Positions 24,830 through 38,885 of a stretch of 64,000 bases of DNA are shown one piece after another. Positions within the stretch are counted from its first letter, which is position 1, and the number at the start of each line of letters is the position of its first letter. This DNA is from the human T2T-CHM13v2.0 reference genome, Homo sapiens. Under the pieces are notes generated by a model. It saw nothing but the letters and a program-made list of their open reading frames with translations. It did no database searches and was not told the origin of the DNA. Position numbers and translations under genes: made by a program. Location of the stretch: assembly GCF_009914755.1 (NCBI RefSeq), contig NC_060930.1, one strand, 5' to 3'.

Positions 24830-27480
24830 TTCATGCAATAAATATTTACTGAGCAGTTGTTATGTGCAGGCAACGGAAGTAAAAAGATGAATGAGCTCAG
24901 GATGCTAAGAAACTTGGAGTCTGATAAGAGATAAGGAAAAATTTTTAAAGGCAGTTATGGTATAGGAGCATGCAGGCAAGTCACCTAACCCAGTCTTGGA
25001 GGGTAGAAAAGGTTTGAAAGGAAGTGCTATTGAAGCTGAAGCCTGAAGCTAGTCAGACAGGTTGCAATAATCTAGAAGAGGAAAGAAAACAGCGAGAGCA
25101 TAGGCAGGAGAAATAGAGGAAAGTCATCAAATTAGAGATTTAGGAGAGAAAATCGACAGAATTTTCTAATGGCTATTCCCTTGTGTGTTACAGATTATGA
25201 TACAGAATAGAGAAGAGGAGCAAATGCAAAGATGATTCCTTTGACAAGATGAAAAACGGTACTCTAATACACCTGCTTTGTAAGTCTCTATTTTCACACA
25301 TAGCAGGCTTGTTTACAGCTGGCTAAAGATCTGCTGCACAGCAGCACTGACCCCACTGCATTCTTTCTACACCAATAAATTTCCTCTGCTGCCTCATTCA
25401 GATAGCCTAGCTGCTGTTTAGAGTGAAATTCTTCCACCTTCAAGCAAGAATCAGAGGTTCTTTCAGGCTTCACACAATAATATGATGAAGAGGCACGCTG
25501 AAGGTGAATAAACACTAATTTGTTTGCGTGTGAATAAGGCATCATTTATGTAGCAACTTCTACAGATTGGGTACTGGAGATTTTTCCAAAACGAATAATG
25601 CTCCTGCTTTTGAGCTTACAATGTAGTAGGAAAGATAAACAGAGTGTGATAAGTGACATCATAAAGGCACAAACAAATTCCTGTGAGCACAAAGTGGAAA
25701 GCCCCTGAGCTGGAAAATAGCACTGAGGTGGTTTCATGAAAGAGGAAGCAGCAAGGCTGGGCCTTGAAGAACGTGAAGGAGTCACCCAGCTAGAGAGGGC
25801 AGGAGGGTGTTCCACGAAGTACAAACATCATGAACAGAAAGTCAAAGAGTGAAAGTGAAGGGAGGATTGGGGAGCAGTGAACAGACAATGTGAGAGAGCT
25901 GCGGCACCATGGAGAAGAGTAATGAGAGGGACATCCTGAAGGAAAGACAATATGAAGGACTGTCGATGCCAAAGAAAGGACTTTCAGCCATATGCACGCA
26001 ATGGGGAGCAATGCAAGATTGTCAACCAAGAGACTGAGGTGACCAGATCTGCTTCACAGCAGCAGCAGCAGCAGTGTACATGGAAGATTAGAGGACCGAG
26101 AGAGATGCATGTCAGGAAAATCAGCTAACAGACTCTAAAATAACTAAGACTTGAGAAAGATCTGGATCAAAGCTTTAACAGCAGCAATAAAGAAAAAAGA
26201 AGAGACATTTCTGTAATCAGATCTAGAAAAGTTGATGACCCCCAGGATAACAGCCATGAAAGTGAGAAGTGCAGGACACAATGGTTTAAGCTTGGAATCT
26301 CAGCCACTCCGAAGTCGCTGAGGCAGGAGAATCACTTGAGCCTAGGAATTTCAGGCTGCAGTGAGCTACCTACAGTTGTGCCACTGTACTCCAGCCTGGG
26401 TGACAGAATGAGACCCTGTCTCTTAAGAAAGAAAAGAAAGAAAGAAAGAAAAGAGAATAAGAGTGTCTAGGGTTTCTAACTTGGCCATTTTATCGTTAAG
26501 GGAGATAAGTCAAGAATAGGAAAAGAATGTGCATACTGGGGAAGACCATGTACACTAAAAAGCAGAGCTTGTCATCTGTGCTGACTCCTTTTTTCTTCTT
26601 GTCTTCTCTACTTCTCAAGGTGCTGCTACCACAAACATGAGGAAACTTCTGTTAGGAGTTCAACCTTCAGAGAGGACAGCTGGCAGTGCAAGATGGTGAC
26701 AGCCCTGCAATCAGGAGAAGAAAGTCATGAGAGTAAGGAATGATGGAGAGGGATGAGAGCGTTTTCTAGGATTTGAAGAGTTAAGAGACTCTGAATAATT
26801 GGCAGGGGAAGCTGGGAGGGAGAACAAAGTAGGAGAAGAATCATTTGCTGTGAACTCTGTATTTGGATTCCATTTTTGATGATCTTTGAAAATGGGAATA
26901 AAGGATTTGGGTTATTTTTAAATTCCTTTGGAGGCTAGACAGTTTCCCTAAATTCAGCATTCCCTTTGAAACTAGACCGCATGAGTCTCTGGTTTGTGCA
27001 GGGTTACCCTGGGTCAGAGTTGCCTCTAGAATAAGCAATGGGTAAGTCCTTGAGCTGTTGGAAGCGCATGGAGTGCCTGACAGTCTTCTGCACATTAGGC
27101 ATAGGGGACCCTTTTGGGGGAAGAGGATGAAGAATAGGAGGGGTGATGGGAGCATGTTGGGTTGTGCCAGTTTAAAGAGAACGTGAAAAAGATAAGCAAG
27201 CAAATGAGGCTGCAAAAGAGGAATCATGGGAGAATGAGGAAAATTAAGTGATCATAGCATCCCTGAGGTCAAAAGAGCAGGGGTTTCAGGGAGAGTGCCA
27301 GGGCATTAGTTAATACAAAGAAGAGACCACTGGCTTTGCACCCTGGAGGTCAATGCTATCCTCTTCCTAATCCATTACTATAGAGTGATGGGGACCAGCG
27401 TTTGTGTATTGAGGAGATAATGAGAAGTGTAAATGGAAAACAACCAGAAGATAACAAGGATAAACAACTCTTTCAAAAAT
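24830..27480 (-). mobile_element. Fragmented L2 LINE segments
   Basis: aaatatttactgagcagttgttatgtgcaggca (L2 3' end) followed by purine-rich antisense L2-like blocks. Confidence 0.5.
26295..26455 (+). mobile_element. Alu monomer (FLAM/AluJ arm) with (GAAA)n tail
   Basis: gctgaggcaggagaatcacttgagcctaggaatttcaggctgcagtgagct...gagaccctgtctc. Confidence 0.9.
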
Positions 27481-27482
27481 AT

Positions 27483-28145
<663 letters not shown>

Positions 28146-28159
28146 ATTTAATGGCTTAA

Positions 28160-28490
28160 AAACACAGAGATGTGCAAAATCATTTATGTCCAAGGGTTAT
28201 TTGTCATAAAAACATAATGTACATAACAAAACTTGGGACAACCTAAAACACCAATACAAGGTATTGGCTAAATTTTAAAAGTGTTTTAGAGAAGCGTATT
28301 TAATAGAAGAGGAAAATGTTCACTGTTTAAGTGAATAAAACAAGATACAAAAGGCATATACAGTATGAGTTCAATTTTTTTCATCTATACAATACAGGCA
28401 TAAAAATATTAAAATGATATATATTTGATAAACTGATAGGTAGATTTCATTTTCTTCTTTGTGTTATTCTGTATTTCTCTAATTTTCTGA
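28160..28490 (+). mobile_element. Old L1ME 3' end fragment
   Basis: aacttgggacaacctaaaacacca...taagtgaataaaacaagatacaaa...gatttcattttcttctttg. Confidence 0.55.
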
Positions 28491-29937
28491 GTTCATTTGG
28501 ACGCTAAAGAATGTCTGTTTTTTTACTTAGGAAGAGAGTGGTTTTTCTGTTTGTATATTTTGGTATATTTTGGTTTGAGGTTTCGGTGGTTTTTTGTTTT
28601 GTTTTTGTCTTGAGTGATAGTACGTATATGAGATCATGTACAACTACCTACTGTTGCTCTCTTCCACTGGGATGTTTTTGATGTAATGGCTATGCATCTC
28701 GGCCTTGGGGGGCCTAGTGCAGCCTAGTGCAATGTCAAAGGGGCTGTCACCTGGTTCTTGCTGCCACCTGCCTGTGCAGGTGGCTGCTGAGGCAGCCTTT
28801 GGCCCACAGGTCCCCTGAGACATCCTTTGCCTCTGTCTGCCTTCCTGGCCCACTGGCTCTCCTGACCAGTCTAAGCACAGATGAGTGGAGGGCGGGGGGA
28901 ATCGTCCTGGCCTGGCCTGTGCCACACTGGGGCTTGGGAGTTTCTGCAATGTCTGCTGAGGCCCCCCGCCCCCATCCTGGTCTGACTCTGCAGCCAGCTC
29001 CAGGAAGTAGAATGCAGGCTACTCTCTCCATAAGATCATGCTTTACCCACTGTCTTTCCTTCTTTCTTAACCCCAGGGAAACCTCATCTAGATTTGAGGA
29101 TGAGGACGGGTGTAGGGAGCCAATCTCATCCTCTGACATTTCTCCCTAAGGGCGCAGTCCTTTGAAACACGTGTAAGTCAGCAAAAGGCACCCAGGCTAT
29201 TTGCTTTCCCTCCTACCACATCCGTCCCCTGAGGCAACAAGCATTAGATGGCCTGGCTGCTTTGGGGGAGGGAGGGGCTGGCAAAAGGAGAATGATGGAG
29301 CTGGAAGGAGAGACAGAGTAGCCCTAGGTTAACCCTTCAAAACCATTATCCTGATGTGCAGATGTCGACAGAAAACAGCAAGCCTCTCAGTGCCAGCCTG
29401 CGTGCTGGAAGTGCACATGCATTATTAATTCACTGGGACATTTTTACCCTTTCCAGCCTGTTTCTCCAGGTTTCCCGCCTCCTTCCACCTTCTGTACAGG
29501 ACACACCAGTTCCCTCAAGCCCAAAATGTGAGCAGCTGTCATTCTCTGCATAGCCAAGCTCGGCAGTCTGCCGAAAGGGACAAGCCAGTCCCGCAAAGGA
29601 ATGATGTATGCCAAAAGATACTGCATTAGGATCTTCATTAACTGGAGGGCCAATAAATTTATGAAAATCATGAATCAGTTAATCCATTCCTTACGATGAA
29701 TAGCTAATTAACATGAGGACAGGGCCTGACCCTTCTATTCATCTCTACTCACTCCTGAGCTTCCTGTTACAGACAGGCTCCAGGGCAGAAAACAGAACCC
29801 ACATTGGCTAGCGTGTGTTCAGGTGGGTCCCCATGGGGCAAAGCCGAGGGGATGGACTAAACACAACCTTCTCTTAATGTTGGGACTTTCTCTGAGAGTG
29901 CATTCTTATTTCTAACTTTTCATTATGAAAATAGTCA

Positions 29938-31082
<1,145 letters not shown>

Positions 31083-32530
31083 TTGTTTAAGTCGATAATA
31101 GCACAATGAACCTGATAGACCCATCACCCACCTTCATTAATTATCAATACATGACCAATCTTAGTGCATCTGTGCACCACCTTTCTGGATCATGTTAAAG
31201 CAAATCCCAGGTATCGCATCATTTCATCTATAATTATCCAGCTATGTCTCTAAAGGAATGAGGACTTTTTAAACACATAGCCACAATACCATACTAACAT
31301 CTTTAAAAAATAATTCCTCAATATCACCAAATATCCTGTCAAAGTTTACCTTTCCTCATGAATCTTAGAATTTTTTAACAATTTGTTTAAATTGGGATCC
31401 TATTGAGGTGCCACACCGTGCAATTTGTTGTTATGCCCCTTATTATAAGACTCTTTTAATTTATAGCTTGCCCCCATCATTGCTTCTTCCTTGCAATTTT
31501 TGTTCAATAAACCATGTCATTTGCCCTTAGCATTTGACACAGTCTGGATTTTGCTGATTGCATTCCTGCAGTGCTGGTTGCCTTGTGTGTGTGCATGTGT
31601 GTGCACACACGTGTGTGCCTCATATTTCTTGTCCTGTAAAATGAAATTAGATATAGAGGCTTAGTTCAGATCAGTTTTTTTTTTTTTTTAGGGTTTTTTG
31701 GTTGTGTTTTTTTGGCAAAAACTTCAAAGGTGGTCGTATATACTCCCATCAGGAGTGACATAAAGTCTGGTTGTCCCTCGTTTTGTGATTAGCCGCCATT
31801 GGTGATGATCACCTATGGCAGTGTCTCAACCAAAGGTGATTTTACAGTCCCAGGGAACATGTGGCAATGTCTGGCGATGCTGGATGCTACCGGAATCCAG
31901 TGGGTAGAGGCCAGGGATGCTGCTGAATGTCCTGCAAAGCACAGAACAGCCCCCACCACAAAAGGATGATCTTACCCAAAATGTGACCCGTGCTAAGCTG
32001 AGAACCCCAGGGCTGGATCCATTTACTCATTTGGGGTTGCAAAATGTTATATTCTATTTCTGTCATTTACTTTTTATTTGTTAGCTGGCACACTTATATA
32101 AAGAAAAACTTCCTAATCAATTACTTGGTTTTCCTGAGGTGGAATTCATATGGTAAATGTAAGTAAGTGCTCAATTCTTTCATTTATCAGTTATCAAAAT
32201 AATGAGGCAGTTTTCTAGACTCCTCCAAAGGTGACCAATGAGATTCTTTGTTTTTTTAAGAATCATTTATGAACTCATAGGTATAAAGGAATTGGATGTG
32301 TTGTAATCATTTGCAGTAATTATCTTACTGACGCCTAAATTGTCCTGTCTTTAGATAGTATGAGCTTCTTCAAATTGGTTCCTGAGTCTTTTTGGCACAG
32401 CCTATTGTGCTTTAAAAGCCTGCTTGCATTTTGGGATTATAAGATTCTCTAGGCACATCTTACATATTTGCTGTCCTAGACTGGAATCTACCACTTCTTC
32501 AAGGACCTTTGGTTACTTTAAGTGGTATTT
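31083..32530 (-). mobile_element. L1MC/ME 3' region (contains MER20)
   Basis: aagcaaatcccaggtatcgcatcatttcatc...ccacaataccat...tctggattttgctgattgcattcc. Confidence 0.7.
31819..32010 (+). mobile_element. MER20
   Basis: ggcaatgtctgg...atccagtgggtagaggccagggatgctgctgaa...cccaaaatgt...tgagaacccc. Confidence 0.85.
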
Positions 32531-33034
32531 AGTGATCATCACTGGGGCTTTAGGGGGACTCATACATTTTAAGACACACATAGCCCTCATAATATTAGAT
32601 TTCACTCTAAGGATGGAATTTTCTGAGCTATATTTTACACACAGAAAAACTGGGACTCAAGAGAGTGGTTTTACCCCAACTCAAACTCAAAGCAAATGGA
32701 AAATTTTGAAAGCTGGCAATATATATCCACTCCTGTCTCCAGATTCTTTCTCTCCATCAGTAGGGCTGGGAATTGAACAGACTGTTTCCAAAGCCCAATA
32801 GTGAGGAGACAATGATAAAACAGACAGGATCTTGGAGACCAAGACAACATGGAACTGGAGTTCTGAGGCCCTCAGGCCTCTGGTCCCTCTGAGGCCAGGA
32901 CTCTTTCAGGCCCCTTCTTCTTCGCTGAATTGGCAGCACAAATGAGTGTGAGCTGGTGTTTCCTGAAGGAAACCAGTACCTATGGGCAGAGACTATGAAA
33001 AAAAGGGTGCACTAAAAGTTCCATAAGAAGTGTT

Positions 33035-33305
33035 GGCCGGGCGCGGTGGCTCACGCCTGTAATTCCAGCACTTTGGGAGGCCAATGCAGGCAGATCACGA
33101 GGTCGAGAGATCGAGACCATCCTGGCTAACATGGTGAAACCCTGTCTCTACTAAAAATACAAAAATTAGCTGGGCATGGTGGTGGGCACCTGCAGTCCCA
33201 GCTACTTGGGAGGCTGAGGCAGGGGAATCGCTTGAACCTGGGCTAGCCTCGCAACAGAGTGAGATTCCGTCTCAAAAAGAAAGAAGGAAGGAAGGAAGGA
33301 AGGAA
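33035..33305 (+). mobile_element. AluSc with internal right-arm deletion and (GGAA)n tail
   Basis: gatcacgaggtcgagagatcgagaccatcctgg; jumps gaacctggg|ctagcct, omitting ~40 bp. Confidence 0.95.
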
Positions 33306-36074
33306 GGGATGGATCAACTTTACCTAAAATGTAGGGAGGTGAAGAAGGGATCCCCTTTGATATTAAAAAATCAAAGACATCATTTTACATTAAAAACAGA
33401 TCGATGATGGAATAGCATGCAAGATTTACCATTTGAACGTTAAAAGATGTGACTTTGAAGAAATTCCAGGTCCCACTGAACTTGCTGCTTGACTCCTGGG
33501 ATGCAGAGTCAGGGTCCTCTGCAATCAGCATATTTTGGGGGAGAAGGTGAGAAACTGTGGGGCAATTCTGAACCCACTCTGTGCCAGTAAAAGGGTCTCT
33601 TCCTTTATTATAAATTCAGGAAATTTAACTTACATTGAAGAGTCAAAAGATAGGTTATTTGTTTAAAGTCAAGAATTCTTTTATGTAGGGAATTGTTAGC
33701 CCTAAATTTCTCCTCTCTTAAAAACTTTAATATATAGGAGTTACCTATCTTGGGTTTAAGCAGAAGCATGTCAGTTTGAGAACAGCATTAAACCATTCTT
33801 GGAACAAGGCAGGTTATATATTAGATGTAATATATAGGTGGAAACACACCTGCTGTCTGCAAACACATCCTTCCTCTGCCCACCCAAAAAGGCCTGGATT
33901 TTTTTTTTTTTTTTTTAAGCCCCGCAGCCACCTCTGAGTGAGCTCAATAAAAACCTCCACTGCCCAAGTGATGAAATCAGATTAGCATGCTCCAGCTCTG
34001 ATGTTCTGTGCTGAGGGAATTGGAAGGAGTTGATAATGTGGAGTTGGCTATTTTGCATTTCTCAGTGACATCCTCTAATGAGCTGGCAATGCCCAACACC
34101 AGGCTGCTGTCTTGGAGAGATGAAAACAATACAGTGGTCATTTCACATCCTATCATCCTCATGACAACCCACGAGCTACCTACTCCTTGCCTTTGATTAA
34201 AATACACAGGATCGGCATGAGGACTGGAGAGCATGAGCCCCGAGAGGGAAAGGGACCAAAGAGGGCTCCATGGAGAAAAGGACGCAGCACCCTAAGGAAA
34301 TACACATTTTTAAAAACCGCAGCAGTCAAGGGTGACTAGCCTTGGTGTTCCCTGAAATATGCATTATGGAGAACTGTGAGCTATGATGCCTGATTAACTC
34401 TCTCCAGTAGAACCGATGAATGGTTTTGCCAAGGAGATCCATTTCTATTTTGTGGTTCGATCCCTACAGCAGTGCAAATTACAGGGGTGAAGTTACCAAG
34501 GCAGAAATCCAGCTGCTGTACATTGGGACAACTGGACTAGCTGTTAAGATATTGAAATACTGCCTACTGGTTGACCAAAATACACTCCCCAAGTCCTTCT
34601 CCCACCTACCTTTCTTCCCCAAGCTGTCCTTACCCTTCTCTAAAACCCCCAGATGATCCCAACTCAGCAACTCTACTAACTGGGCAAGGGCTGGCACAAG
34701 AGGAGCCTGCCAGTGCCCTGACTTAGCATGATAGGTGGCTTCCATTCTCATGGGTCAATGCCACTGCCAGGCTCGCTGTGAAGCAGTCTCCATATTTGAT
34801 TAGGAAGCCCCATTAGACTTCCTAGCACTGCTGAGCCTTCTCAGAACCCTGCCAACAACCCACAGGGACAGGTCAGGGCCCTGCAGGGTCGTGCTGCTCA
34901 CCCATATCCTCCTATCCCCCATCCTTGCCTCCTACAGAAGGAGTGCCCACCGGCCCCAGTGGAAGAACAAAGGAAGTAAAGGGCTGCAATCATTCTGGCT
35001 CCCAGAGGCCTGGATAACCTTCAACATGCTTGGCAGGCTTATCATTAGGATTTTTTTTTACCGCCCTTTCCTTGTCGCCAGCCCTCTTTAAGCTTCCTAA
35101 ATTAATAATGATGAAGTTCTTTAAACCATATCTCCAGTCTTTGTTTTTGATGATTTTCGCTCTCTGGGGCCTTTTTCTCCCCCTGTGGAAGCCGTTTACC
35201 ATTCTCACCTTCATTTTTGTCCATTCTTCTCAGATATCCACAGTGATAATCACCGATTAGGTCATTTTAAAAAGGAAACACAATTAAAAAAAGAAAGCAA
35301 GCCTCATTTAGGCACTGCTGAGTCAAACATCGGGTCAGGAAACAATGTGAAATGTCATGGGCTATTTTTCCCAGTGAGAGGACAGATGAAGATGAAGAGG
35401 ATGACGTGTCTCTATAGGATCACGTATAACATCAAGCATGTAGCAGACAAGGGGACACGGGGGTCAAGACCAACACTTGAACCTGAGCTTGAGTTTGTCT
35501 GTGTAACGATGGGGGAAATGTGCCCCTAAAGCAATCAGATCATCCCAAGTAGGTAACTCTCTGCTTTGGGATATGCATCCATCCTTTCTCCGCAATTAGA
35601 AAGATGAAACTACCAGGTTTAACAAAGTCATTCTTCGTTCTCCTCCTCCGACCTACTTCCTTTGTATTTCTGCATCATTAGACTTTTCTTATCTCACTGA
35701 AGAAACCACAGAGAAGGAGTGTTCCAAAGGACCTTGGGCGGCCCACCTGGCAAGGGAGAGCTTCACTGTGCAACTTCAGCCTTGGGCAGAAGCCAGGGAT
35801 TCCAGCTGTCAACCTTCCAACCCAGAAGGGGAGTGCTGTCAGCTGAAGTGGAAAACCAGAAAGTCTTAAAGAAAGGAGGATGTATTTAAGAATCACTCAC
35901 CACTCTGCAACAGGATTTAGCTTTTCCAATTCAATCCAATTCAAGAGAGATGTGTCAGAACCTGTGCACAGTGAGGGAATTTTAGAATTGCAGAAGACAA
36001 GCTCCCCCTCAGGGAATAGCTCATTGTTTGGCCAGAAGACAGCTAAAGCTAGTCAGTCTGTAAAACAGTCATGA

Positions 36075-36620
36075 TTGTAATGATATGTGTTCACCAAATC
36101 CAGTTCATTCTCTTGCAGGGCACTCAGCTAAACACTCCTGAGTATCCCCTGCAGTGCCTGGTGTGTGAGCTCTGGCTAAGGGAATATGGACAGGAGAGTT
36201 AAATGCCACTTCCAAGCCTGACCTCCAAAACCCTTCCCACAGTCTCTCACATGTTGTCTCTTCCCCATTAACCAGCAGAGGACTCTGGTAGTGGAGCTTA
36301 ACTGTGCTCCACTAGCAGGACCAGAGCTAAGATTCTGCTAGGTAAAGAAGAGGGAACTGCAGGCACCCTGGCCCAGAGGCCTGACACCTGATGCAGCCAG
36401 GAGAATAAAGGTAAAGAGCCCCACAGGAGAGAAAGGATTCTGAGTCTCTGAAAAACTGCAAAGAGAAGAGCCTCCCAGCCCAACCCACACTCACACACAC
36501 ACATACACAAGCTGCACTGGGCTGTGATATGAATAAAAGATAATCACATTGTGTTAACCCACTGAGATTTGGGGGTTGTTTGTTACAGTGGCTAACGTTA
36601 CTTACTCTAGCTAACATACT
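36075..36620 (+). mobile_element. MLT1J-like solo LTR carrying a foreign 128-bp insert
   Basis: gagctctggctaagggaatatgg...gccacttccaagcctg...ccactgagatttgggggttgtttgttacag. Confidence 0.75.
36286..36413 (+). repeat. 128-bp direct duplicate of 37914-38041 (7 mismatches)
   Basis: Direct visual alignment, 121/128 identical. Confidence 0.95.
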
Positions 36621-36937
36621 CTTAGGTTTTATTAACAGATGGGATGAGATAATGCATGCAAAGTGCCCAGTTCTATGTCTGATATACAGTAGGTCCCTAG
36701 CATAGCACTCTACCTGAAACATGGTAGGTGCTCAGTAATTAAGGGTTATAAAAAGTCAACCAGTTGCTTTTCTTAGAGGCCCTAGAGACAGCATCATAGC
36801 CAACATGAGCCTTTTGTAGCTGATGAGAAAGACAAAGCTCTCAGTATGGAAAACCAGTGAAAACACAGGGACAGATCTACAGGGAAAGTGGTTAGAGAAA
36901 AGGCACACGGGGAAAATTTTTTATAGGAATAGTCATC

Positions 36938-37299
36938 TGCTATGAAGTGAATGTTTGTGTCCCCCTGAAATTCATATGCTGAAATCTAAATCTCTAATGC
37001 CCTGATTTGAGGAGATGGAGGCTTTGGGAGGTAATTAGGTCATGGGGATGAAGCCCTTGTGAATGGGGTTAGTGTTATTTATAAGAAGAAACAGGAGAGC
37101 GTGATCTCACTCTCTGCTCTCCTCCACATGAGGACACAGCAAGAAGACACCCTCTCCAAACCAGGAAGTGAGCCATCACCAGACACCAGACCCACCAGCA
37201 CCTTGATCTTGGACTTCCCAGCCTCCAGTGGGCAATAAATGTTTGTTGTTTAAGGCACCCAGTCTGTGATAATTTATTGTAGCAGCCACATCTAAGACA
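36938..37299 (+). mobile_element. MLT1A0-like solo LTR
   Basis: tgctatgaagtgaatgtttgtgtcccc...ccttgatcttggacttcccagcctccag...taagaca; TSD tcatc/tcacc. Confidence 0.9.
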
Positions 37300-37849
37300 T
37301 CACCATATACATTTTCATCTGACTTCTCCTTCTGGACCCTGGTAAATACTCCATCAAATCAGTCAGCTCTCTCGAGTCCCCTTTTCCTTGCCTTAGCCCT
37401 ACCAAGGCCCTGAGTCTTTCTCTCTCTTGCATGGTCTAAGTGTTCCTCAGTTTTGGCTGCTTCTTCCCCTAGAACAAGACCCCCTTCCCAGCCTTTGCCT
37501 GGCCCCTGCTGAACGTAGCCACCCTGGCTTATTTATAAAGTAGCTACTATGTGCAAGGTCTGGCACTAAATAGGTACCAAGCAAGGACGGTGAGAGTGGT
37601 CAGCCTCGGGTGCAAAGCAACAAGAGGGCACATTGTAGAAAATGTAAACACCAGGATAACACTAAGTGTCAGTATGCTTTTTATGATCACTGTATGAAGG
37701 CAATCCTAAATGATGTCAGCAACGCAGACTACTTCCTGCTGGGATGACTCCCCCTCATAACCCACACAGCCTTTGGAATGTCATTGGAGAAAAAGTCTAA
37801 AGCTACCTAGTCCCTGCCCTCAAGTTGCCTGTAGCTCAGCAGCAGAGAA

Positions 37850-38410
37850 TGACAGCTAAATGAATCAAGAATGTGAGGAGCAACAAATGTCAGGGAAGGC
37901 TTTGCCAAAGAAATGGTAGTGGAGCTTAACTGTGCTCCGCTAGCAGGACCAGAGCTAGGATTCTGCCAGGTAAAGAAGAGGGAACTGCAGGTACCCTGGC
38001 CCAGAGGCCTGACACCTGATGCAGATAGGAGACTAAAGGTATAATAGTTCCCTGTGGCTGGAGGTAAAGAGGCACTGGGCAAAAAGACCCCTGCAGATGA
38101 TCAGAGCAGAGAGGCTGGTAGAAATCAATTACAGAAGGGCCTATATCCTGTTGGTAATGACGAACCAGCAAGGCATTTTTCTTTCTTTTTTAAAACTTTA
38201 TTGAGATAGAATTCAGTTCAATGGCCTTTTTTCTTCATTTCTCACCAAAATCAATTTTAGAATCTTTTCACTGCCCCAAAAGAAACCCTGTACCCCTTTG
38301 CTGTCACTTTCCAATCCTACTCTTGGGCACAAACATAGGAGCAGCGAAAGGTTTTTTAACAGAAGAATCATAAAAGTCTATTTTCATTTTTAAAAGAGCC
38401 CTCCTTGACC
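37850..38410 (-). mobile_element. L2 fragment interrupted by an L1MB 3' end (~38180-38320)
   Basis: gtcagggaaggcttt...gagggaactgcagg...gtggctggag L2-like motifs; tttattgagatag...ccccaaaagaaaccctgtacccc L1MB end. Confidence 0.55.
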
Positions 38411-38450
38411 TGCCACTGCCCAAGGCCTGGCAGGGCACATGCAGACACAA

Positions 38451-38885
38451 TGCTGTGGTCTGACTGTGTCCTCCAGATTTCATATGTTGGAAACTTAGCC
38501 CCCAATGTGGCAGTATTGAAAGGTGGGGCCTTTAGGGGGTGATTGGATTATGAAGAATTGTGCCCTCAGGAATGGATTAATCCATTTGTAGATTAATGGG
38601 TTAATGGATTAATGGGTTATCATGGGAAGGAAACTGCTGACTCTATTACAAGAGGAAGAGAGACCTGAGCGAGCCCATTAGCACACTCAGCCTCTGCCAC
38701 ATGATGCCCTGCAGAGCATCCCTTGCCTGTCCACGCTCTGCAGAGGCCTCACAAACAAGAAGGCCCTCACCAGCTGCAGCTTCTCAACCTGGGACTTCTC
38801 AGCCTCCATCACTGTAAGAAATAAATTCCTTTTCTTTATAAATTACCCCGTTTCAGGTATTCTAAGTAACAGAAAATTCATTCGT
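38451..38885 (+). mobile_element. MSTC/MSTD-like solo LTR
   Basis: tgctgtggtctgactgtgtcc...gattaatgggttaatggattaatgggttatc...actgtaagaaataaattccttttctttataaattaccc. Confidence 0.9.

Noticed and set aside
26057-26074. (CAG)6 tract
   Set aside because: Short, in L2-derived non-coding sequence; unremarkable.
28644-29149. Three overlapping 101-140-aa ORFs in a GC-richer patch
   Set aside because: Open on both strands because of composition; no recognisable protein motif or convincing splice pair.
35030-35260. Hydrophobic 76-aa ORF and a minus-strand MDKNEG|gtgag donor-like site
   Set aside because: T-rich composition explains the hydrophobicity; no promoter or acceptor support, and no recognised protein.
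36298-38171. Two ORFs sharing the peptide LHQVSGLWARVPAVPSSLP.RILALVLL.EHS, suggesting a paralogous mini-gene pair
   Set aside because: Explained by the 128-bp DNA duplication of L2-derived sequence; the N-termini are unrelated.
38575-38622. gattaatgggtta tandem duplication
   Set aside because: As recalled, a normal feature of the MSTC/MSTD consensus rather than a local event.
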